DNA of 64,000 nt from NCBI GenBank assembly GCA_965153285.1, contig OZ229126.1. One strand, 5' to 3'. Positions 39,756 to 52,302 of the stretch are shown here, one piece after another. The translations under genes were made by a program, and so were the position numbers. The notes under the pieces are model-generated. The model ran no database searches and had not been told where the DNA came from. It saw only the letters and a program-made list of their open reading frames with translations. The DNA comes from Podarcis tiliguerta (lineage: Eukaryota). Every line of letters begins with the position of its first letter. Positions within the stretch are counted from its first letter, which is position 1.

Positions 39756-41550
39756 CTTTACAAGAAGGGTGTAGCGAAGCAGCTAACGGCAACGCTACAT
39801 GTTAGAATTGCTTTGGGAAACATGAGTGTTGCCCCAGTGCACATGTGAGTCTCAATGCAGCAAATGCATGAAGTGGGGAAATGGCCCAGTCAGGTTCCCC
39901 ACATTTACACCCCTTTTTTTTATCTACCCAGGGTGGATTAGAAGGCCCTTTGGCACTTTCCAGCTGGTCTCTTCTCGTGTTCACTTGCTTCACTGCAATA
40001 CTTTCCCTCTGCGCTCCTAAGGTGTGGGCTGTAAGGAAGGAGGTCTCTCTCTCATGTCCTCCCCCTGTGCTTGGGGGCTTCTGTTCACTCCAGAGGGTCT
40101 GCTGTGAAAGAGAGTTCTCCCGCCAGCTATGCCCCGTGGATCAGGTCGGTCTGTCTGGGAGGCCCATAATTTGATGGTAGAGCAAATTTTGCATACATAT
40201 AATTTCAGGTTCACTCTCCAGTAGAAAGGATTGGGAAAGACCCATGCTGGACTTTGGAGAGCTGCCCAGATGGAGGTGGTTATATATTAGACTGGGTAGA
40301 CCAGTGGCCTGACTCCCAATGTGTCCCACCCGGAGGCTCCTGCTGGCACCAAAAGCCTGCCTCCTGCCCCTGCTATCAGGGTGAACCACAAGCTTCCCCA
40401 TTTTACCATCCCTACCCAGTCTGTGGATATATCTCTTCCTGCTTTGCTTCTATTTCTGCTTTTAATCTCCTTTAGTGAGGAGGAATTGATCCCATTTCTC
40501 TCTCCCAGTGCCCTTGGGATGTATAGTGGGTGGGTGTGTCTGGGCTGTCTGGTCTTGCGATGAATGAGCTTTTGGGAGGGGCAAGCAGGGAACAAGGCCT
40601 CCTTCTGTGTGGGTAATGAGCTCCCTTGGACAGCAGAAAGCTTGTGTCTTGGGAGGATCCAAACAAGCTGCCTTATTGTCGCCAGAACAGCTATCAGTGA
40701 CAGAGCTGGAGGAGCAAAGGCAGCTTCATTCTTCTAGCAAAGCTAAACCCAGAGAAAGCAGGCCCTAAGGCTCTGCAATGGGCCATGGGGAGAAAGACAG
40801 GAGGAGAGCCGGGACAGTATTTGTATGGGATGGAGACTTGTAAGTCATCACTGGGGATTTGCTGGCCGGAGGTGTGCCATTCCTCCAGCTTTCAGTGCTA
40901 GCAGCTCGTCGTCTCTCAAGGGTGATCTGGATCAGGCATGGGAATTGTTAATTCTTCATCATGCATGTTTTTCGGGGAGCAAAAAGGATGGTCTGTTAGA
41001 GGAGCTTAATGGCGTATACTGTTAGTATTCATGCCATGTCCACCTTCCAGCTGTCAGAGAAGTGTGACTGGTTCTCCATTGCTCAGCCTTCGTTTTTAAT
41101 TAGTTTTTTGGGACTTGCATCAAAGAAGCAGCACTTAGAACAGTGTCATCTGCACGGCAGCCGAGGAGGAGACAGGAGCAAGGAGCCTTGTCATACTGCA
41201 ACTACTGCTGCTGCAGCAGCAAAAGGAAACATAGAGGAAAGAGAATATGGTGGTTCTAAAGCAGTGGCAACTCCTGACCAGGCAAAAAGTAAGCCGAGCA
41301 AGAGTGGCAGCAGAGGCAGGTCAGGGGAAGGATGAAATTGGGAGGGGGGCACGCAGTGTGATCTGCCCTCAGCCCACCCCACCCCCCAGCCTGGCTTGGT
41401 CCTGCTTGCTTTTCCAGTTTTGGGTTTTATTTTTTTAAGTGAAATACAGGGCAAAGGACTGGTGACTGCTGGATCCTGAAGCTCTAAGGACTCAGCTAGA
41501 CTGGTAAAGAAAAAGCTATTTATATGTGTTGTATGTGCGATATAACATTG

Positions 41551-41569
41551 TGCCACCAGATGGCGACAT
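41551..41569 (+). promoter_or_regulatory. Candidate CTCF site
   Basis: tgCCACCAGATGGCGac matches the CTCF core; upstream tgcgatat resembles the upstream module. Confidence 0.55.
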
Positions 41570-44448
41570 GGAGTCCCGCTTTTCTCTACCAGTTTTCCCT
41601 GTTTAAATTGACAACATTTTAAACTCAAACACTTCTTTGATCCAGCCTCTATCAGAGTGTTTCTGGTGCTTCTTTAGAACTGGATTCACTTGAATGGTCT
41701 GAGACAGGGAATGTTTCTAGTTCTAAAAAATATAGCCCTAAAAAGTAGATTTGAGCCTGTTCTATCCCAAGGCTCCCTGCAATTACCAGCTTGTCCACCC
41801 CTAATTCTCTCCACTAGTATTTTGACTCCTGGCAGGAAAAGTTGTTGACTGTGAAGCTGTAGCATTCTAGCCAAATCAATAACATTTATGCAAGCTATTT
41901 GTGTGTGTGTGTGTTCTCTGATTTTCGCATGTGTCATTGGTCACAATACTGCTTTTGCACACTGTCATTTAAAAAAACAAACCTGAAAACTGGATTCTGC
42001 ATCCTCTATAAATTATGCAATCTGCAAAAACTTACATGCTATACATTGGTAGCAGCAAACAGCTTTGCAACAATCATCCCTCTGGCTTCTGAGTTTTCAC
42101 TGCCCACACAATTTGAGCATATCTTCATGGTAATAAAGGCTACAAACCACAACCACCTCCTCCTTTTTCTTTTTTAAAAATAAAAGCTGTGATTCTTGAG
42201 AAGCTGGATTCCACGCCCAGATCCACTTCATCCTTTTTCTATACTTCCACGAAAAACCCTTGTGAGTTAAGACAGTATTATTATCATCATACCTATTGTT
42301 AGTGACTAACATTCTCTTTCTCTTGGTGTATGATGTACACGAAGTTAGTTTTATGTACAACTTTGTGTGGTGTTATATATGAACTTGTTTTAAGTTATAT
42401 TGAACCAGTTGCTGCTCTAAGTGAAGGTCACATGGGGCACATACAAGCCAGATAGAACTGGGGTCTAATGAGTGGGGGTCTAATGAGCCAAAATACCCAC
42501 CCTAGCAGATGTCCTGACAACACCACCTCAACAGCCAGTGATTTGCTTCCACGATTTTCCTCTCTGTTCCTGGGCCACAACCTTCAACAGGGAGTGATGG
42601 AAAAAAACACCTGTGCCCCACAGCCCTTCAGCTTCCTGCCCAGAGTTTCATAGTCCATTGCTATACACAAAAGACTGTGTCTGGTACTATCATTTGCACC
42701 CACATGTGGTCAGGGGGCTTTATAAGACAACTTCTCTGTTACATTGTGAAATTTATATTTCTTGCTGTTAACCATATCCCTATATATTTTACGTTTTTCT
42801 TGACTAATAATCCTGCTTTCCCCCTCTAATTCTTTTTTCTTGCTATCCTTCATATTTTCCACTAACATTTTAGTTTTACTAACCTGCAATTTCTCCAGAT
42901 TTTTAAAATTTCTTCTAACGCCTTTGGGATGGACTCTGACGTTTTCTCTAATGATAGCCGTCCATGTCTCTTGGTCCTATGAACACGATGAGGCTGGACT
43001 CTGGGCTCCCCCTCAAACACCTTTACAAAAGCCTCTCTTTAGAAGTCTTGGTCATGAGCTTCCAGAAGCCAATCTAGTTTCCCACCTGGATAAAATATTA
43101 GTGTAGTCAGAAGGAGCAGTGTAGCATGAGGTTAAACTGACGTTGGTGCAGCCCTGACACTGGTATATCACCCAGGTGAAAAATAGGCTGTGTAACATTT
43201 GCTTGATCCACTCTTAACGTTGATCCAAGCCAGATCCGCTGCTTCTTTACTGGGTCAGTGTGCTGAGAGAGAGTAGAGGACAAAGCTGGGGAAACAAGTC
43301 ACTTGCTGTCACCTGAAGTAAGTCACTTTAAACTGGACCAGTTGAATTGCTGTTTGTTGTCTTCTTTTGTACGAAGTTATATCCCACTTCTCTTTGGCCC
43401 AATCTGCACTGTACATTTAAAGCAGTATCATACCATTTTAAGCAGTTCAAGCTTCTCCCAGAGAATCCTGGGAAGTGTAGTTTGGTAAGTGTGCTGAGAG
43501 TTTTGTCAAGGCGCCCATTCCCCTGACAGAGCTACAGTCCCCAGCCAGAGTGACTTAACAGTCAGTCCCTCTTCCCAGGGAACTCAGATCTCTGAGGGTG
43601 GAATACAGATGAGACCTCTATCAAAATGAACCCAAAGCAGCTGACAGCAACATAAAAGCAATAAAACAGCTAATGCTAAATACAAAATTGCAAACTGTGG
43701 AACATCCAAGATCTGAAGGCTTCCTGTTTCTGTTGTTGGTTAAAACAACAGCAGCAGATCCTGCCAGCTGCTTCCAGACAGGCCTGCTCCAACAAACATG
43801 TTAACCATCAAGAGACCTGCGTCTGCCTCTTCTCTCCAGGCCTTCAGCTCCCGTGCAGACGGGGGTGAGCCCTGACACAGCTCAAGCAAATCTGCTACCG
43901 GATGCTTCAAGAGTCAGCAGTGAAACTGCGTGTGTGCCGGCAAGAGGCTGTGCCAGGGCAGGGGTGTGCTTTCTCTCTCCGCAGACGGCAATAAGCCAAA
44001 CAAGTTATTGGCAGCTATGAAGGAGGGGGGAAGCGGGGAGCCAGCTGGAACTGGGGCTGAAGCTGGGATGGGGTTGAATCTTCATTCAGAGGGGAAGTGC
44101 CTCTTGCTGTTTGTACTTGGGAGGTTGGAAAAGCCCTGTGGCGCTGGTCTTGCATCCACTCTGCATAGTGTAAAAGCATTTAATTATATTAAGACAAGTT
44201 TGTAAATAATCAGTCAGGCTTGCAATGATACTCTACAGGCAACCAAGCAAGGAGGTTTCTGTAAAGTGGGAAGTAGTTGGTTCCTTCCCTTTGCCTCTTT
44301 TGGGCCGTTGGTGAGTCATAGTGACTCATTAGACAGGTATGCATAGTAGGTAGGCTAGTAAAAAGAATTCCTAGGTTAGTTACTTTTTTGTGGACTAATT
44401 TGGAAGACTGTGGATGACAAAAGTTAGCAGTAAGTATATATAATGTTG

Positions 44449-44797
44449 TGGGTGGCGCTGTGGGTTAAACCACTGTGCCGATTGGGCTTGCCAATCAAAA
44501 GGTCAGCGGTTCGAATCCCCGCAACGGGGTGAGCTCCCGTTGCTCGGTCCCTGCTCCTGCCAACCACACAGTGCAAACAGATAAATAGGTACCACTCCAA
44601 CGAAAAGGTAAACAGTGTTTCCATGTGCTGCTCTGGTTTCGCCGGAAGCGGCTTAAGTCATGCTGGCCACATGACCCAGAAAAACTGTCTGCGGAAGCGG
44701 ACAAATGCCGGCTCCCTCGGCTTGTAAAGCAAGATGAGCGCCACAACCCCAGAGTCGTTCGCGACTGGACTTAATGGTCAGGGGTCCCTTTACCTTT
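44449..44797 (+). mobile_element. Sauria SINE, second subfamily
   Basis: gggtggcgctgtgggttaaaccac head, ggggtccctttaccttt tail. Confidence 0.88.
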
Positions 44798-44882
44798 ATA
44801 TATTATGCATTTGTGTGAACTATGATTTCTATAGAAAGAAGCATTGGGGTTCACTTCAAGAAGAGAAACATGGTGGACTGTA

Positions 44883-46092
44883 CAGTGTTACTTTGGTTCT
44901 CAAACTTAATCCGTTCTGAAAGTCTGTTCAAAAACCAAGGCACGTTTTCCCATAGAAAGTAATGCAAAATGGATTAATTCATTCCAGACTCTTAAAAACA
45001 ACCCCTAAAACAGCTAACTAACTTGAATTTTACTATCTAATGGGACCATTGATCCATAAATTAAAGCAACAATCAATGTTGTTGTTGTTTAGTCGTTCAG
45101 TCGTGTCCAACTCTTCGTGACCCCCTGGACCAGAGCACGCCAGGCACTCCTGTCTTCCACTGCCTCCCGCAGTTTGGTCAAACTCACGTTTGTAGCTTCG
45201 AGAACACTGTCTAACCATCTCGTCCTCTGTCGTCCCCTTCTCCTTGTGCCCTCCATCTTTCCCAGCATCGGGGTCTTTTCCAGGGAGTCTTCTCTTCTCA
45301 TGAGGTGGCCAAAGTATTGGAGCCTCAGCTTCAGGATCTGTCCTTCCAGTGAGCACTCAGGGCTGATTTCCTTCAGAATGGATGTGTTTGATCTTCTTGC
45401 AGTCCGTGGGACTCTCAAGGGTCTCCTCCAGCACCATAATTCAAAAGTATCAATTCTTCAGTGATCAGCCTTCTTTATGGTCCAGCTCTCACTTCCATAC
45501 ATCACTACTGGGAAAACCATAGCTTTTACTATACGGACCTTTGTTGGCAAGGTGATGTCTCTACTTTTTAAAATGCTGTCTAGCATGGACAAAGACAACA
45601 GGCATATAATCAATGTACTGTACTATAAAATAAATAAGACAGTATTGGAGATGATAAAAATTGAAATTAATTTTTTTTCTTACCTACACTGGTGATAGTC
45701 ATTGTTTGCATGGGGGGCTTTTATCCATTTCCACAGACACACAATCAATCAATCAATCAATCAGTAGCTGAACTGGGTTCCACACAGTCACAAAAACAAA
45801 TTACCAAAAAAGCCTCAAAAACAAAAATACAAAATAAATAGCAAAACCAAAAGTGCCAAATACAGTGGTACCTTGGTTCTCAAACTTAATCCGTTCCAGA
45901 AGTCCATTTGACTTCTGAAATGTTCAAAAACCAAGGCACAGTTTCTGATTGGCGCAGGCGCCTCAGAAACAGTAGTTGACAGCTGCATCGGATGTTTGGC
46001 TTCCGAAAAACGGAACGCTTATTTCCAGGTTTTCAGTGTTTGGGAACCAAGGTGTTTGAATACCAAGGCGTTTGGGAAGCAAAGTACCACTG
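44883..46092 (+). mobile_element. Long non-autonomous Tc1/mariner element interrupted by BovB, with an internal second left TIR at 45863
   Basis: TA-cagtgttactttggttctcaaacttaatccgttc at 44883, TA-cagtggtaccttggttctcaaacttaatccgttc at 45863, right end aaagtaccactg-TA at 46092. Confidence 0.75.
45077..45583 (-). mobile_element. BovB (RTE) LINE 3' fragment
   Basis: LRVPRTARRSN.SILKEISPECSLEGQILKLRLQYFGHLMRREDSLEK; (CAA)n tail; TSD aatcaatgt (45071-45079, 45608-45616). Confidence 0.95.
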
Positions 46093-46526
46093 TACATCCT
46101 TTGCCAGCAGGCTGCCGACAGAGATGATTACGTGGCAATTGATAATAGCCAGGTGTAAATCTTGACTATTGAATTCACTCTGGAGATAAGAGTGAACAGG
46201 GGATTAACCTCTAATGCTCTGAAAAAGCTGTTTTCTGCATTGGGAGACTGTCAGCTCCTGGAAACCTTCACAGGTGTGAGCAACTTATGAGTGGAGGACT
46301 CTACATCGTACCCAAAAGCCACCTAAGAACCCCAATGGGCATGGGATCTGCATAAGCCCCCCTTTTAAAATAATCTCTGAGATAGTTATAATTTACAACT
46401 AAAAGAGGTTTCTCTGTCTGCTGGTGGAAATTTACATTCAGTGTGTGAGCTACTTACTGGCTTTAAGAAGAAGGGAAGGGAAGTCAATCATAGAAGGGCT
46501 GGAGGCAGAACAAAAAGCATGCATGG

Positions 46527-46886
46527 GGGGACGCGGGTGGCGCTGTGGGTAAAAGCCTCAGTGCCTAGGGCTTGCCGATCGAAAGGTTGGCGGTTCGAAT
46601 CCCCGCGGCGGGGTGCGCTCCCGTCGCTCAGTCCCAGCGCCTGCCAACCTAGCAGTTCGAAAGCACCCCCGGGTGCAAGTAGATAAATAGGGACCGCTTA
46701 CTAGCGGGAAGGTAAACGGCGTTTCTGTGTGCAGCTCTGGCTCGCCAGAGCAGCGATGTCACGCTGGCCACGTGACCCGGAAGTGTCTCCGGACAGCGCT
46801 GGCCCCCGGCCTCTTGAGTGAGATGGGCGCACAACCCTAGAGTCTGTCAAGACTGGCCCGTACGGGCAGGGGTACCTTTACCTTTA
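46527..46886 (+). mobile_element. Sauria SINE, full length, near-identical to 13921-14282
   Basis: Same subfamily diagnostic tail ctagagtctgtcaagactggcccgtacgggcaggggtaccttt. Confidence 0.92.
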
Positions 46887-47312
46887 CTAATTGTTTGAGC
46901 CAAGAAAGTTTTAAACGAACAAGGGAGTTCTGAGTGCTAATAATTTTTATTTTCTTTATTTGTAATTTTCTGTTTTCTCAATGAAAGTGTAGCCTTGAAA
47001 CTGAAAGTAATTTTGCCACTTCATACTTCCTCTGTGGGAAAGGAATATGTTTTGATAACACTGTGAACATTTTAAAGTGGAGTCGGGAATTGTAAATAAG
47101 ATCAAGAACATTCAGTCTTGCAAATACATTGTTGGACATTTACCTCCAACCCATTTCAAAATAAAAAAAGACTACAAAGCCTTATTGGCTGCAAAAAAAG
47201 ACAGTCTGAATAAAACTCTTGGTCTGTGTTGCTGAACGCTTCGCTAAATAATGATAGAAATAAATAAATAAATGCCCAGTAGCACCTTAGAGACCAATTA
47301 AGTTTGTTCTGG

Positions 47313-47350
47313 GTATAAGCTTTCGTGTGCATGCACACTTCTTCAGATAC
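47313..47350 (-). ncRNA. Minimal type I hammerhead ribozyme of the Penelope-like element
   Basis: Minus-strand RNA GUAU-CUGAAGA-A-GUGUG-CAUG-CACAC-GAAA-GCUU-AUAC: conserved core, stem I GUAU/AUAC, stem II GUGUG/CACAC, palindromic AGCU stem III, CUU cleavage triplet. Confidence 0.8.
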
Positions 47351-47514
47351 ACTGAGACAGAAGTCACCAGACCCTTATATATAGTGGGAGGGTGGGGTGG
47401 GGTTTTTCTCAGAAGGTTAGTGGGAGATGGGTAATGATGGGTATGGTAAACCTGTTGACGACCGTTAATGACTGCAATTAGTCCTACAGGAAAAAGCAAG
47501 GGATAGTATGCAGA

Positions 47515-47923
47515 GAGCTGGACCATAAAGAAGGCTGATCGCCAAAGAATGGATGCTTATGAATTCTGGTGCTGGAGGAGACTCTTGAGAGTCCCATGGA
47601 CAGCAAGAAGATCAAACCTCTCCATTCTGAAGGAAATCAGCCCTGAGTGCTCACTGGAAGGACAGATCCTGAAGCTGAGGCTCCAATACTTTGGCCACCT
47701 CATGAGAAGAGAAGACTCCCTGGGAAAGACCCTGATGTTGGGAAAGATGGAGGGCACAAGGAGAAGGGGACGACAGAGGATGAGATGGTTAGATAGTGTT
47801 CTCGAAGCTACCAGCATGAGTTTGACCAAACTGCGGGAGGCAGTGGAAGACAGGAGTGCCTGGCGTGCTCTGGTCCATGGAGTCACGAAAAGTCGGACAC
47901 GACTAAACGACTAAACAACAACA
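47515..47923 (+). mobile_element. BovB (RTE) LINE 3' fragment inserted in the Penelope-like element
   Basis: Stop-free ORF 47549-47914 DAYEFWCWRRLLRVPWTARRSNLSILKEISPECSLEG...; (CAA)n tail; 10-bp TSD agtatgcaga (47505-47514, 47924-47933). Confidence 0.95.
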
Positions 47924-48074
47924 AGTATGCAGATGACCAAAAATAGCTTTAGCCTATGTAATGAGACAAGAATCCAGTATCTCTATTTAGACCAGGTCTC
48001 TCCATAGTTTTCAGTTTAGTAATAAGTTGTAATTCAGCAACTTCTCTTTCAAGTCTATTTCTGAAATTCTTGTT

Positions 48075-49235
48075 TTGGTCATTGGGAGAATTACCGGAAT
48101 CTTTGGGAAATGCCTACATTATGTTGATTCTGAAACAAGAGACTGATTTAGTGTTAGTGAAAAATTATAGGCCAGTCACCTTGCTAAATAACTATTGTAA
48201 ATTATTTTTAGCAGTATTGGCAAATCAGCTGAAATTAATATTAAAGAACTTAATACATCAAGACTAAACTGGATCTTTGCAGGGTACAGAGATGAAGGAA
48301 AATGTAAGAAATATAATTGAATACCTGGAAGTAGGAAACAAGGAACAAGCAGTACTGATGCTTTTAGATGTAGAGAAGGCTTTTGATAATGTTTTGTGGA
48401 CTTTTATGATCAAAACACTAGAGATGATTGACTTTGGGGAGACTTTTATAAAAGGCAATAAAGCCATATATTCTAACCAATATGCAAGTTTGATTGTAAA
48501 TAATATTACTTTAGAAAAATGTATAATATCAAAAGGGACAAGACAGGGCTGTCCTTTATCACTGTTACTTTTTATATTGGTTTTAGAGGTCTTGGCAAGA
48601 AGAATAAGAAGTAATTTAGATATAAAAGTCACATATCTGTGGGAAATGAAGACACCGTGGTGGCTTTCACCACTTGAAAGACATGACTGGGCAACATATA
48701 AATGCCTATTAACAGAAGTAGATCAAGATATAAAATTAAAGAGGTTTGAAGAGTTAGGACAGCAAGTAACTGATTGGCTACAGTATCATCAACTTAATGT
48801 TTCATTAAGTTCAATAAAAGAATGATTTTTCTAACCTAACCTCACAATTTGAAAGAGATCTAATAGAAAATAAAGATAAAGTGATTTCTAAATTGTACAA
48901 ATTACGTACTATTGGAATGGCAAAGAAAAGATGATCAGTGATGATACACAGGGCGAGGGATATAGGTTATAACATTGAATTGGCTGCATGGGAGAGGTTA
49001 TGGAATGTTGATTTGAAAATCATAGCATGTTATATTAAACAGTCAAATGGTGGAATTGTGATGATGGAGGAGTGGAATGAAGCCATGGATGGAGAGATTA
49101 AGAGGAGATTAAGAGACATCCTGCGCTAGCAATGATAGAGCTAAGAAAAAGCTATCAAACCTCTGGCACGTTTATTGGAAAAAGATTGAAGAAGCATAAA
49201 TGGAAGGGATAATTTTTAAAAATAGGATGGAAAAC
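48075..49235 (+). mobile_element. Decayed L1-clade LINE, RT region with internal deletions
   Basis: NYRPVTLLN...IHQD*TG...LDVEKAFDNV...KGTRQGCPLSLLLF motifs, with stops. Confidence 0.88.
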
Positions 49236-49352
49236 CACTCAAATACAACAGATCATAGAATTATAGAGTTGGAATGGACCCTGAGGGTTAAACTGGGTGC
49301 AAATTAAGGAGTACATATCAAGAAACGAACTATGGTATATTATTTTAATATA

Positions 49353-49585
49353 CAGTGGTACCTCTAGTTGCGTTCCGCTCTTGTTATGGACTTTCAGCTT
49401 ATGAACTCGGCAAACCCGGAAGTGTTTACTTCCAGGTTTGCCACGTGCACATGCGCAGAAGTGGTCTGTGCAAAAGCACTCAATCTCACTGTGCACATGC
49501 GCGAAAGAGGCACTCTAGTTGCATACTTTTCAGGGTGCAAACAGCACCCCGAAATGGATTAAGTCCACAACTAGAGGTATCACTA
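49353..49585 (+). mobile_element. Tc1/mariner MITE, different subfamily
   Basis: cagtggtacctctagttg / caactagaggtatcacta, TA flanks. Confidence 0.8.
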
Positions 49586-49606
49586 TAAATAAATAAATAA
49601 ATAAAT

Positions 49607-50228
49607 CATAGAATCATAGAGTTGGAAGGGCCATCGAGTCCAACCCCCTGCCAAGCAGGAAACACCATCAGAGCACTCCTGACATATGGTTGTCAAGCCT
49701 CTGCTTAAAGACCTCCAAAGAAGGAGACTCCATCACACTCCTTGGCAGCAAATTCCACTGTCAAACAGCTCTTACTGTCAGGAAGTTCTTCCTAATGTTT
49801 AGGTGGAATCTTCTTTCTTGTAGTTTGGATCCATTGCTCCGTGTCCGCTTCTCTGGAGCAGCAGAAAACAACCTTCTCCCTCCTCTATGTGACATCCTTT
49901 TATATATTTGAACATGGCTATCATATCACCCCTTAACCTCCTCTTCTCCAGGCTAAACATGCCCAGCTCCCTTAGCCGATCCTCATAAGGCATCGTTTCC
50001 AGGCCTTTGACCATTTTGGTTGCCCTCCTCTGGACACATTCCAGTTTGTCAGTGTCCTTCTTGAACTGTGGTGCCCAGAACTGGACACAGTACTCCAGGT
50101 GAGGTCTGACCAGAGCAGAATACAGTGGCACTATTACTTCCCTTGATCTAGATGCTATACTCCTATTGATGCAGCCCAGAATTGCATTGGCTTTTTTAGC
50201 TGCCGCGTCACACTGTTGGCTCATGTCA
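49607..50228 (-). mobile_element. CR1 LINE 3' fragment
   Basis: [21 protein letters not shown]...[20 protein letters not shown]...[11 protein letters not shown]; (attctatg)n tail. Confidence 0.95.
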
Positions 50229-52218
50229 TCTGTATAAATCTGTATAACTCCCTCCATCCATAGATTTCAGGGTGGTTCACAACACAAAAATACAATATTT
50301 TAAAAAACCATAATAAAAACAATAACAAAAAAACCCTCAATAACCTCCCTTGCCCACGAAACGATTGAGTTCTTACCCTTTACCATTAGGTTCCCTGGGC
50401 GGGCAGGCAACAACACAATACAAGAAAAATGCTAGCATAATAAAAACATGATCATGGTGTAGAGACTCTGATGTGGACAAAGATGGAAAGGCTTATTATT
50501 GTTTAATAATCTAGAGAAATGGTTGTTGAAGTTATTGGAGACAAAGCTGATATGTTTGATTAGAGGAAAAACCATTGCTGCCATTGGGGAAATATTGCTT
50601 AACGTCCTGGAGTGAATGTTTTGAATAATTTCTTTTATGTAACTGACATTTATGTAACTTCTTTTCTACCGCCCCCCCCTTTTCCCCCTTTGGTGCCCTC
50701 TGCTCTGGGCCACTTTTGGGGTCCAAGGACTATACACACATGAAGGTAGTGGATGGTTGGTGGAAGGAGCCTGAATGAGAATCGGGGAAGGGAAGAAAGG
50801 GAGGCTTCCCGGCAAGAGCTTTCTGTGGGTGACAAGGGTTAAGAACGACCTTGGAGACAGGAGTCTGAGTTTTCTTTCTCTGTTTTTGTTTTTATTTAGA
50901 TTAGTTTCTTTTATCTTGTTGTAGTATGAAAAAGCTTAAATAAAATCTTATTTTAGGAAGCAAGCAAGCAAGTATGGGGATTCATATGATACTTACTCCA
51001 TCTTTAAGGCAAGAAAATGGGGTGGGTGTACTCATCTTAAAGCAGGACCATTCAGCGTTAGAAACTGAGGTGTGAAAGCTAGGCTCTAAATGGCACCTTA
51101 AACCTTGGTTATGGCCCAACAATGGAATGTCTAGGCACTTTTTATAGCAAGAATTCAAAGCTGAAAATGAATGAACTTCAGCTAAAATGTTATGTTCATT
51201 TTTCACATGGTCTGGTCCTTCCCCTGCCCACCCCCCTCACAGGGTGTCCTCTCCAGTCCTTAGAGAGTAGCTGGAAGTGGGGAGGCAGAAAAAGGTCCTC
51301 CTTTCCTTCCACTCTGCAGTTTTAATCTGAAATCTTAGGCACAGTACTGCGTCCAGAGCTCAGAAACTGCTCACGCTATGAAATTCCTTGTCGCAAAATG
51401 CGCCCAGAACAATGGGAGTTTCAAACATTCTATATATGTTTGTATATATGGCAGCATTCCATAGCTAACTCAAAGCATCAGCCAAATGTTCTTTTTTAAA
51501 TTTCCTAAGAATTTTGAAGAAACTTTGATTTTCAGGCTTTTATGTGTGTCCATGAGGACTAGGAAGTTGTTGCACTCGATGGATTTCTGCGGCAAGATCC
51601 TCCTTCTTTCTGGACTATTGGCTGAAAGGCATTGTGCCTTCCACTCAATTCAGGGGGCTTTTTATTTTTTATTGTTACAGTTGCAGCTAGCCAGAAGGTT
51701 CTCTCCCTTCTCCTTTTATCCTCACAACCACCCTGTGAGGTAGGGACTGCCCCAGTGCGCTTTGTGGTTGAGCGATGACTTGATTCCTGGCCTCTCCGGT
51801 CCCCGTCCAACGCTCTACCCACTCCACCACATGGCTCTCTGCTGGAGAACTTTACAGTGGATTGGGCCCCTCTGGTAATACCCCTTCCCAAAACCAAGAG
51901 CAAATGGTAATATTTTTTGTTGTTTTCACAGGAACCATGTTTCTAAGGAGTGTCAGTCAAATTAAAAATGGCCCTTCCCCTATTTTAGTCCCCCACATTT
52001 AACAATAACTGAATTTGTAATTTTTAAGGCTTGGAAGAAACAGGTGTCCTCACTTAGGTTATTAACCCTCCCCTCCCCACCTGGGCTGTTGGATATACGC
52101 AGCCATACCAGGCTCTGCCTGTGCTGAAATCAGCATGTGATAATGAGTTCTGTTGCTTGCAACTGTCCTGGTTTGCTTCAGCCTAAATTATGCTATTTTA
52201 AAAAGGCCTGAGGAAAGC

Positions 52219-52260
<42 letters not shown>

Positions 52261-52302
52261 TACACACACATACACACACACACAACCGCACACATACACA
52301 CA
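52219..52302. repeat. (CT)n(CA)n compound microsatellite
   Basis: Direct reading. Confidence 0.9.

Larger units (their letters stand above)
47258..48073 (-). mobile_element. Penelope-like retroelement 3' fragment
   Basis: Minus strand ~47953-48073 encodes NKNFRNRLEREVAELQLITKLKTMERPGLNRDTGFLSHY (end of the GIY-YIG endonuclease), followed by a terminal repeat with a hammerhead motif. Confidence 0.85.
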
